A stretch of DNA of 64,000 nt from Parcubacteria group bacterium. GTDB taxonomy: Bacteria > Patescibacteriota > Minisyncoccia > Phycocordibacterales > Phycocordibacteraceae. The notes beneath the pieces are model-generated. The model worked only from the letters and a program-made list of their open reading frames with translations, was not told where the DNA came from and ran no database searches. The stretch spans positions 12,920 to 76,919 of the forward strand of contig JAQBQV010000011.1 of NCBI GenBank assembly GCA_028286825.1, given 5' to 3'. Positions 56,467-64,000 of this stretch are shown here, piece after piece. Both the position numbers and the translations under genes were made by a program. How positions within the stretch are numbered: position 1 is the first letter of the stretch; the number at the start of each line of letters is the position of its first letter.

Positions 56467-58242
56467 ATGACTTACGGACGATCAGCTCTGCGGACATCGC
56501 CCTTCATCCTACGTATCGTCGCGATAGTGTGCACGACTGCGCTTTGTTCTATCAGTGTACCCGTACCCGCATCAGCTGCCGTGAGCTCGTGGCATAAAGG
56601 CGCCAGCTTTATTCCCTTCTCGTCGACTGAATTCGCGGGCGGTAATTTCCAGCAGTCAGTTCGCAATTTTAAAGCAGCAGGCGGAAACTACGTCAATTTT
56701 ATCATTCCGTATTATCAATCCAATACAGGATCAACCGATATAAACCCTGGATATAACACTCCTACGGATGCATCACTTATAAGCGGTATTCAGTTCGTCC
56801 ATTCTCTTGGGATGAAAGCACAGGTGGGTATCTACCTTGAAACATATGACGGTACATGGCGTGCGCTTATCAATCCCGGTAATCGCGCAGATTGGTTCGC
56901 CAAATATCAAGCTATTCTTGTTAAATACGGACAGATTGGGCAACAGCAGGGGGTAGAACAGATGGTACTTGGAGCTGAGCTAGTCAATATGGCGTCCGCT
57001 GCTGCAAATCCGGACAACACGACACGCTGGAATCAAATGATTGCGGCTGTTCGCGGAGTGTATTCTGGAAAGCTCACCTATAGTGCAAACCGCGGCGGCC
57101 AAGGGGCCTATAGTGAACTGCCAAACATCCAGTTTTGGAATAATCTCGATTACATAGGTGTCTCAGGATATTACGAACTTTCGACCGACGGATCAGTATC
57201 CTCACTTAAAAATGCTTGGGCAAACATCCAATCATGGGACATTGGGCCGGCGGCGCAGAAGTGGAACAAGCCCGTGCTATTTACCGAAATCGGGTACCGA
57301 AGCCTAAGTGGCGCGCACTACCAGCCTTGGAACTCAAGTATGGGCGGATCCTATGATCCTCAGGAGCAAGTAAATGACTATACTGCGCTCTTTGATTTCT
57401 GGAACAACTATTCGTATCTTCAAGGAGTCGATTTGTGGTGGTGGAGTCCAGATCCAAACTATGGTGGCTCGGGAAACACCGACTACACCCCTCAAGGCAA
57501 ACCTGCTGAACAAACGCTCAAGCAATGGTGGGGAACAACAATAAGTCCACCTCCCCCACCACCTCCAAGTGGCACCCCAGCCTTCCAGACGACAAGTACA
57601 ATCAGCCCTTCGCAGCCCGCTACTGGACAATCGACTACGCTTACGGCAAATGTAAAGAACACTGGAACCGGTCCGCTTCAAAATGGCATCGTCGACTTGG
57701 AAATTTATGACCAATCGAACAACCGGGTATTGCAGAAGTTTTTTGAAACGCAAAATATAACGCAGGGATCTACTCAGCCGTACTCACTACCATGGACACC
57801 TCAAGCGAATGGAACATATCGACTCGCTGTCGGCATCTTCAGCAGTGGATGGGCGCAAACTCTTGATTGGAATAACAGCACTATCAGCTTTTCAGTTGGT
57901 ACCGGCCAAAATCAACCTCCCCCACCGCCACCTCCTACGAGTCCGGCGATCACGAACATTTGGTGGCCAACAGACGGCAGTCACATAAATGGACTCCAAC
58001 CATTTAAGGCAATGCTTGAGGGAGTGGACGTGTCGCAATACTCAATGTATTGGCAGGTTGATGGCGGGCCACTGGTACAAATGAATACAAACACCACCGA
58101 CTATCCGCATAAAGAAGCTCTCGTGGATCTCTCGGGATGGAACTGGCAAGGAGGCAACGCCTACACGATCACGTTTGCAAGCAAGAAGACTGACAGTACG
58201 ACAGCTATAGCGCAGAAATCGATTAAGATTTTTACTCCATAG
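56467..58242 (+). CDS. Secreted glycoside hydrolase (GH113-like TIM barrel) with Pro-linked Ig-like domains
   Basis: Signal peptide; GAEL, VYSGKLTYSAN, LDYIGVSGYY, KPVLFTEIGY, GKPAE. Confidence 0.8.
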   Translation: MTYGRSALRTSPFILRIVAIVCTTALCSISVPVPASAAVSSWHKGASFIPFSSTEFAGGNFQQSVRNFKAAGGNYVNFIIPYYQSNTGSTDINPGYNTPTDASLISGIQFVHSLGMKAQVGIYLETYDGTWRALINPGNRADWFAKYQAILVKYGQIGQQQGVEQMVLGAELVNMASAAANPDNTTRWNQMIAAVRGVYSGKLTYSANRGGQGAYSELPNIQFWNNLDYIGVSGYYELSTDGSVSSLKNAWANIQSWDIGPAAQKWNKPVLFTEIGYRSLSGAHYQPWNSSMGGSYDPQEQVNDYTALFDFWNNYSYLQGVDLWWWSPDPNYGGSGNTDYTPQGKPAEQTLKQWWGTTISPPPPPPPSGTPAFQTTSTISPSQPATGQSTTLTANVKNTGTGPLQNGIVDLEIYDQSNNRVLQKFFETQNITQGSTQPYSLPWTPQANGTYRLAVGIFSSGWAQTLDWNNSTISFSVGTGQNQPPPPPPPTSPAITNIWWPTDGSHINGLQPFKAMLEGVDVSQYSMYWQVDGGPLVQMNTNTTDYPHKEALVDLSGWNWQGGNAYTITFASKKTDSTTAIAQKSIKIFTP

Positions 58243-58258
58243 AGTACAATTTTTGAAC

Positions 58259-58304
58259 AAGTCGAGCAGAACGCCCCAAAAATCTGGGGCGTTCTGCTCG
58301 ACTT
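58259..58304. terminator. Long hairpin terminator
   Basis: AAGTCGAGCAGAACGCCCCA...TGGGGCGTTCTGCTCGACTT. Confidence 0.75.
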
Positions 58305-58484
58305 TCGTCTTCGAGAATTGATCGCACCCTCCACTCAAGAGAGAAGTCTGACTACAAGCACAATGAGTGCTATCACCAAGAGTGCATGCACCAGATTACC
58401 TCCGATATTGAAGCTGAATCCGAGCAGCCACAAGATAACAAGCACTACGATAATGGTCCAGAGCATAGCGGTAAAATAGAAGGA

Positions 58485-58766
58485 TTAATGAAGAATGGTC
58501 GTCGTTGTCGTTGTGGTCGCCCCGGTATTGCCGACAGTCGTCGTACTCGTTGTGTTGGACTGGCTTCCGGGTATGCCGCCGTTGCCATTAGCGGTGTTGT
58601 CAGCCTGTCCCTCAGGAACAACGACTGTGGTTGACGATGTTCCCATTAGTCGTGGAAGGAACAAGAACCCAAGTATGACGAGAAGTATCAGCACAATAAT
58701 GCCGACGACCCATCCGCTTGAGTTGTCTCCCGTGGGCGATCCAGGATTATTTATTACAGTTGCCAT
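58485..58766 (-). CDS. Small single-TM protein with Thr-rich tail
   Basis: TM helix followed by low-complexity sequence. Confidence 0.65.
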   Translation of the reverse strand: MATVINNPGSPTGDNSSGWVVGIIVLILLVILGFLFLPRLMGTSSTTVVVPEGQADNTANGNGGIPGSQSNTTSTTTVGNTGATTTTTTTILH

Positions 58767-58799
58767 ACGTTATGTAAGAGTTAGTAAGTACACCAGTAA

Positions 58800-58934
58800 C
58801 TATTCCCCGCCGGCTTTCTTCTCATGCTCCTCAGCTGCGCTGCGGTGAGCTTCTCCAGCCTCCTTGCTAGCATCATTCGCTCGCTCGTCTGCTTCCGCTG
58901 CGGCAGCATCCTTGTCTTTCATTGCATCGTCCAT
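58800..58934 (-). CDS. 44-aa hydrophilic Ala/Glu-rich protein (not in the ORF track)
   Basis: Manual translation: MDDAMKDKDAAAAEADERANDASKEAGEAHRSAAEEHEKKAGGE*. Confidence 0.55.
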   Translation of the reverse strand: MDDAMKDKDAAAAEADERANDASKEAGEAHRSAAEEHEKKAGGE

Positions 58935-58999
58935 AGTAGGTATATATCTGGATAATCTCATGCGCACCTATATAGTAAGCCGAACCATTCGCGACTTCA

Positions 59000-59686
59000 T
59001 TACGGTGGACGGACCGTACGCAGCCGATACCCATATCCCGAAACTGACTCCAACATTGTGTGATGGTCGTCATAGTCAAGTTTGTGTCGCAGGCTCGTGA
59101 TTGAAAGATCGATGAGAGGACTGAGTGGCTCATACTGGTCGTCCCAGACATGCGCAATAAGTTCAGCGCGCGGCAGAACTTTATTAGGATTTGAGAGAAA
59201 ATACTCAAGCAGACCAAATTCCTTTTGGGTAAGTGAGAGCGGGACTCCATCGCGATTTGCGGTACGCTCTTTCCTGTTAAGCTCAACATCCAAAACTCGC
59301 AGCGTTTCAGACATGACCTGTCGGGGGCGCCTGAGCACAGATTCAATGCGCGCCACGAGTTCCATAAATACAAACGGTTTCTGCATGTATTCGTCAGCAC
59401 CTGCCGAGAGCAAAGCGGTCTTGTCTTCACCTTCCCCCACAGCAGTGAGGACAATGATGGGGATCATGATGTGCTCCGCACGCAGTTGCTGACAGAGATC
59501 GTACCCCCGCATGCCCGGCATAAGGAGATCCAAAATTAAAAGATCATAGCCATGGCCGGGTTTACTAAGAAGTGCAAGTCCCTCTCTTCCGTCAAACACC
59601 GTATCAACATCGTAGTCTTTTATTCGAAGACCTTCTGCTATCTTACAGGCCAGTTTAATCTCATCATCGATTATTAAAATGTTCAT
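59000..59686 (-). CDS. OmpR-family response regulator
   Basis: ILDLLMP, GADEYMQKPF, LTQKEFGLLEY, GYGY. Confidence 0.94.
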   Translation of the reverse strand: MNILIIDDEIKLACKIAEGLRIKDYDVDTVFDGREGLALLSKPGHGYDLLILDLLMPGMRGYDLCQQLRAEHIMIPIIVLTAVGEGEDKTALLSAGADEYMQKPFVFMELVARIESVLRRPRQVMSETLRVLDVELNRKERTANRDGVPLSLTQKEFGLLEYFLSNPNKVLPRAELIAHVWDDQYEPLSPLIDLSITSLRHKLDYDDHHTMLESVSGYGYRLRTVRPP

Positions 59687-59779
59687 AGCGATATAGTCGC
59701 TATGATGACCTTTTCTGCGTGAAGGCTCTGTGAATACTCATCGGTAACAGATGGGTGTACAAAACGTCTAAAGACATAC

Positions 59780-60145
59780 ATGCGGGAAATTCTATTTGGG
59801 CTGTTGATAGTGCTCGGTGTCATCTATGGCGCTGACGAACTTTACTATCTCTATGTAACAAGCCCGTCAGTAACGGTTGCGGCTCCTCGCGTCATAGCAA
59901 CACTACCGACCTCCTCAGAGTTTGTGCAGACGGGCACACTGATTTTCTACCCCAATAACGTAGGCCCTGTTCCGTATCTTATGTATGCGAATCAAAAAGG
60001 AGTAACTGTCTCAAAGGCCTTAGTCTTAGTAGGCGGAGATTCGCTCGACCTCTCACACTGGACTGGCGCGCGAGTATCCGTCACAGGGGTAGTGGTTGAT
60101 GAACACGTTGTGGTCAGCTCACTCCTGTACCTGAGCGGACCGTAG
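59780..60145 (+). CDS. Membrane-anchored hypothetical protein
   Basis: N-terminal TM helix then beta-rich domain. Confidence 0.6.
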   Translation: MREILFGLLIVLGVIYGADELYYLYVTSPSVTVAAPRVIATLPTSSEFVQTGTLIFYPNNVGPVPYLMYANQKGVTVSKALVLVGGDSLDLSHWTGARVSVTGVVVDEHVVVSSLLYLSGP

Positions 60146-60210
60146 AAACCAAAGCCCTAAAAAGCAAAACGCCGACCTCGAGGCCGGCATCTTCACTTCT
60201 TCTATTTTCT

Positions 60211-60426
60211 TTAATTCTCAGGAGTAGTCTCCCAATCGGCGTTGAACTTTTCGTTCCATGCAATCATCTTTGGGTCGTCATGGGGCATTGCCTTAATGTC
60301 AGCCGCCATTTCTGGATGCGCTGCATCCATATGGGCCATCCCATTGGCCATCATCTCTTCCTTGGTTGCTCCGACGACTTCTGCGGTACACGGTCCGCCC
60401 ATCTGAGCACAGGTCATTGTTTTCAT
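60211..60426 (-). CDS. DUF1059-like small protein
   Basis: MKTMTCAQMGGPC...H...H. Confidence 0.75.
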   Translation of the reverse strand: MKTMTCAQMGGPCTAEVVGATKEEMMANGMAHMDAAHPEMAADIKAMPHDDPKMIAWNEKFNADWETTPEN

Positions 60427-60477
60427 ATCGGTAATGTTTTAGGCGATTAGTAACGTATGCGCGGGCACAAGTGGCTA

Positions 60478-61008
60478 TCATACTACATTCGCGCTGCTAT
60501 GCGTATAAACCTCCTTTAATTTGGCTAAGCCTCGGTGTAGCTGTACGGCCGTTGTGTTTTTCGATTGCCCGGTTTTACTCGCCATTTCAGGTAGCGTCAA
60601 ATTATCGACATATCGCATGCGTAGCACTTTGCGGTACATAGGCGGAAGTGTGTCGATCGAGCGCATCGCCTCTCGACCGTCTAGCTCGTCAAATAAGCGA
60701 TCGCAGTGATTCATACCCGGCTCATACCCCTTCTCAAGAATTTGATCAAGGGAAAGCGTATGGTGTCGACGGTACTCATCGATAATGAGGTTATTTAATA
60801 TGTGATACAGAAACGCCTTCATGACGTCAATCTTCCCTCCCCGTAAGAGATACGCCCACGCTTTCATAAAGGTATCCTGCACTAAGTCTTCACTCATAGC
60901 TGCATCATGCACCTTGAAAAAGGCGTGCATTTTCAGGCGTTTCTCGAAGTCCTGATAGGCGCTCATGAGTAGCATCTGTGGTTCTACATTCGAGTGAGTG
61001 GTGATCAT
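60478..61008 (-). CDS. ECF RNA polymerase sigma factor
   Basis: SEDLVQDTFMKAW, FLYHILNNLIIDEYR, region 4 HTH. Confidence 0.92.
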   Translation of the reverse strand: MITTHSNVEPQMLLMSAYQDFEKRLKMHAFFKVHDAAMSEDLVQDTFMKAWAYLLRGGKIDVMKAFLYHILNNLIIDEYRRHHTLSLDQILEKGYEPGMNHCDRLFDELDGREAMRSIDTLPPMYRKVLRMRYVDNLTLPEMASKTGQSKNTTAVQLHRGLAKLKEVYTHSSANVV

Positions 61009-61103
61009 AGGGATATTGAAAGAGAAGGGCTCTCCCGTCTCGAATGCCTACCGTACCACCAGCCTCATGAATTACCTGTGAGGCGTTGTTGAGTCAGGAG
61101 CGA

Positions 61104-62420
61104 TTAACTCACTGTCGGATCGCTGCCTGGTTCGTAGAGTGTAAGATCGCCGCTCGACATTGCCCATGCTTCTTGAATAGGTGCGATAATGCGCCATGAT
61201 TCTAACACTTCATCGCTTGAGACAAAAAGGTCATGATCGCCGCTAATGGCATCGACGAGCACTTTTTCGTATGCTTCCGCGAGTACGGAGGTAGACGATG
61301 CGTACGAGAAATCAAACGTCCGCTCCTCTACAGCACTCGTATAACCTGGGCGCTTGAAGTAGAGCGAGAGCGAGACCCCTTCATTTGGCTGTAGCCGTAG
61401 CACAAGTGTATTGCTCCCCTTTTCCTCGAATGTCTTGTACACGACGCGGACTTCAGTCGCCTTTTTTCCCATTCGCTTCCCCGTCATGAGCGTGACCGGA
61501 ACGCCAATAAAAAACGGATCATCTGAGATCAGCGTAAACGCGACAAATGTTTCGACCGAGCTTGACGGATTTCGTACCTCATCTCGATACCCGATGTACT
61601 GACCTCGCCGGACCGGTTCGACGTCTGACAGCCGTAGTGACTGGAGGGCGCGAAGTCGCCGACCAGGGATCTCTCGCAGCTCCGCTTTCTGGGGAAGCGG
61701 CATCAGTATAAGCGCCGCGAGTTGCAACAGATGACTCTGTACTAGATCACGGAGTGCGCCCGTCTGCTCATAGAAATGTGATCTCCCTTCAATCCCAATC
61801 TCTTCGATGGCAGAAATCTCGATACGCTCAATACAGTCCTTATTCCAAGTTCCGCGGAAAAGCGGATTGCGCTCACGGAAGACGATCAAGTTTTGCGCCA
61901 TTTCTTTTGCTAAATAGTGATCGATACGATACACCTGGCTACTGGTGAAGTGTTTATCTATATGCGTGACGAGCTCGGCTGCAGAGGCTTGGTCAAAACC
62001 GAAAGGCTTCTCGATGAGGAGTTTCGTATCTGGCGCTGCTGCTAAACCAGAAGTGCCTAAATGCTCGATAATTGCTTCGGAGGCTAGGGGCGGCACCGAG
62101 AGATAGAAGAGGCGTTGAGCCGCTCCACCCCACCCCCGTTCGATCTCTGCGAGCTCAGACGTGAGTCGAATATAGTCAGAAGTATTCAGCACGTCCATCG
62201 TCAGCAGACTAAGGTGTTCTTTCATGTACGTAGAGTCAGTCAGCTCCGACAATAGGTCGTCAGTCGACACGTCACTCTGTCGCGTCACCCCGAGTACGCG
62301 AAATTTAGCGGGAAATAGGCCTGCCTTGTGAATCGCGGCGATGGCCGGAAGGAGCTTACGCTTAGCGAGGTCACCGGTAATACCTACGATTATGAGGATC
62401 AAGGGCGTCTCGGTAGCCAT
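61104..62420 (-). CDS. zwf: Glucose-6-phosphate 1-dehydrogenase
   Basis: GITGDLAKRKLLP, EKPFG, RIDHYLAKE, RDLVQSHLLQ. Confidence 0.96.
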   Translation of the reverse strand: MATETPLILIIVGITGDLAKRKLLPAIAAIHKAGLFPAKFRVLGVTRQSDVSTDDLLSELTDSTYMKEHLSLLTMDVLNTSDYIRLTSELAEIERGWGGAAQRLFYLSVPPLASEAIIEHLGTSGLAAAPDTKLLIEKPFGFDQASAAELVTHIDKHFTSSQVYRIDHYLAKEMAQNLIVFRERNPLFRGTWNKDCIERIEISAIEEIGIEGRSHFYEQTGALRDLVQSHLLQLAALILMPLPQKAELREIPGRRLRALQSLRLSDVEPVRRGQYIGYRDEVRNPSSSVETFVAFTLISDDPFFIGVPVTLMTGKRMGKKATEVRVVYKTFEEKGSNTLVLRLQPNEGVSLSLYFKRPGYTSAVEERTFDFSYASSTSVLAEAYEKVLVDAISGDHDLFVSSDEVLESWRIIAPIQEAWAMSSGDLTLYEPGSDPTVS

Positions 62421-62444
62421 AGTGCTTTGCAGTATACTGTACCT

Positions 62445-62912
62445 ATGCGTTTGTATGCTAGAAGTTTGACCTTGATCGGTGGCGGCGTGTGGTTAGTGGT
62501 AATGGCCTACGGAGAGTTCTGGGGCGGAGCGCCAAACTCAGCCTGTTATCCTTACCTCGGATGCGACGAGGGCTTCTTCGGATACGACGCACTTGAACAC
62601 TTTCTATTTGGCCTTACGCTTGTCTGGCTCATCGTCTGGCTCTCAGATACATATCCGCGTCTCTCCTTACTTCACAGTGAATTTTGGAAAACAGTGCTAA
62701 CCATTCTGGCTGTTATCGCATTAGTGGCCGTGATCTGGGAGATTGGTGAATGGTTTCGCGATGCGTACCTTCTTGGTATCGCTCACCAACCGCTGCTAAA
62801 TATTAGACTCCACATCAATTACCTCGCTCAGCCAAGCAACTTCGACACGATGGGCGATCTCAGCTTTACTCTTACCGCAGCATGTATTTCACTGTTATTA
62901 CTACTTCTATGA
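62445..62912 (+). CDS. Membrane protein (VanZ/DUF2238-like)
   Basis: DALEHF, WEIGEW, DTMGDL motifs; start trimmed. Confidence 0.7.
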   Translation: MRLYARSLTLIGGGVWLVVMAYGEFWGGAPNSACYPYLGCDEGFFGYDALEHFLFGLTLVWLIVWLSDTYPRLSLLHSEFWKTVLTILAVIALVAVIWEIGEWFRDAYLLGIAHQPLLNIRLHINYLAQPSNFDTMGDLSFTLTAACISLLLLLL

Positions 62913-63913
62913 CTCGACGCATTCTTATCGCTCTCGGCTCCCTTGTTGCGATTACATTGGTACTTTTCTCGTTCCCGGCGATCCTCGTACTTGAGATCAA
63001 TCATCAAGAGAAGAGTCTTTCCCCACTTACGACTGGGCAGTTCCCAGTAACGGTGAACCCACACACAAAAACGATTGTTGAGGACGAGAAGGTAAATGCC
63101 TTCTTTGAAAGCCGTAAATCGGTAATGACAGCAGCCGTTGGTACTATTGCAAACGTAGGATACAAAGTCTTTCAAACAATTGCCATCTCGATAGCCTCTG
63201 CACACTGGTATCAGAGCCTTGGCGCCGTCGGTGGGCGTTTCGTCGTGATCACTCCCGGCATGCGCAAGGAACAAGTCGCCAATGCATTTGGTAATGCGCT
63301 CAACTGGAATGCAACCCAGAAGAAAGAGTTTCTTACAAAAAGTCCATATGCTGCACTCCCCTTTGCTGAAGGTTCATTTTCGCCGGGAATATATACGATA
63401 GAACCTGGTATGACACCACTCATGGCTCAGGCCGAAGTAAACGATCGTTTTAGTGAGCAGGTGCTTGCTCACTATGGCACCACCACTGCACAAATTGTCC
63501 CACTGGACCATGCCCTCACGATCGCCTCTCTGATTGAGCGTGAAGCAGGTGGCGACATCGATATGCGCATCATCTCGGGAATTATGTGGAACCGGCTTTT
63601 TATTAATATGCCGCTACAAATCGACGCTACACTCCAATACATCAAGGCCACAGGTGCCGTAACGACCAACTGGTGGCCATTGGTCGTCCCCGCTGATCTA
63701 CGCCGCAAATCGGCATTTAATACGTACTTACATGTCGGCCTCCCGCCGACCCCGATTGCAAGCCCTTCGATTGCGTCAGTGCTTGCAGCCTTAAATCCGG
63801 TCAATACCTCGTGTCTCTTCTACTTCCATGATAATGCGCATCATTTCCACTGCTCAGACACCTATCAAGAGCATGTTGCGCTTTTGAAAAAGTATTTCGG
63901 TCGCGGCAAATAA
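62909..63913 (+). CDS. mltG: Endolytic transglycosylase MltG
   Basis: IASLIEREA, NRLFINMPLQIDATLQY, NTYLHVGLPPTPI. Confidence 0.92.
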   Translation: MTRRILIALGSLVAITLVLFSFPAILVLEINHQEKSLSPLTTGQFPVTVNPHTKTIVEDEKVNAFFESRKSVMTAAVGTIANVGYKVFQTIAISIASAHWYQSLGAVGGRFVVITPGMRKEQVANAFGNALNWNATQKKEFLTKSPYAALPFAEGSFSPGIYTIEPGMTPLMAQAEVNDRFSEQVLAHYGTTTAQIVPLDHALTIASLIEREAGGDIDMRIISGIMWNRLFINMPLQIDATLQYIKATGAVTTNWWPLVVPADLRRKSAFNTYLHVGLPPTPIASPSIASVLAALNPVNTSCLFYFHDNAHHFHCSDTYQEHVALLKKYFGRGK

Positions 63914-64000
63914 CTTAGGATGCCGAGGTAACTGACTTCTTAGCCTTTCGTGGGGCCTTGTGCACGGTCTTTGTGGCGCTCTTGACGCTCTTTCTTGTCT

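Noticed and set aside
2258-63804. Numerous short antisense or out-of-frame ORFs in the track
   Set aside because: Shadows of well-supported genes with no independent motifs.
1-64000. Alternative genetic code (TGA recoding as in some CPR lineages)
   Set aside because: Conserved genes are full-length under the standard code and several end in TGA.

Overview
Bacterial chromosome segment. The compact gene set, ~48-50% GC by eye and many TANNNT-N6-9-ATG leaderless-type starts suggest a Patescibacteria/CPR (Parcubacteria-like) genome; this is an inference. 1-17 kb holds housekeeping genes (greA, mrdA-mreD-mreC-mreB, proS, rseP, frr, holB-like, second mreB, murA, def, fmt, peroxiredoxin, HPF, YbhB). 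At tRNA-Asn(GTT) (17196-17267) an integrated element begins: a large serine recombinase (LSR) whose stop codon lies inside the tRNA, an AAA/RecA-like helicase, a terminase-small-subunit-like protein and an HNH-like gene pair. The main discovery is 24.6-36 kb: about 17 direct 28-bp repeats (consensus RGTTCGAACATCCTCYASCCAGCGGAGC) separate short, mostly single-gene cassettes, most with their own promoter, RBS and a shared hairpin terminator. The repeats share the GCGGAGC core and GTTCGAA motif with the tRNA 3' end, offset by 5 bp as expected for LSR attP versus attB arms. On the minus strand they read, in the recombinase's own frame, as alternative C-terminal tails (LRW[V/L/I][E/D]DVRT...) with synonymous codon variation. 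This looks like an integron-like, serine-recombinase-driven cassette array. 36-64 kb holds accessory and stress genes, an RND pump, secreted Thr-rich proteins, two-component genes, a GH113-like glycoside hydrolase, an ECF sigma factor, zwf and mltG. All calls come from reading the sequence; no database searches were run.
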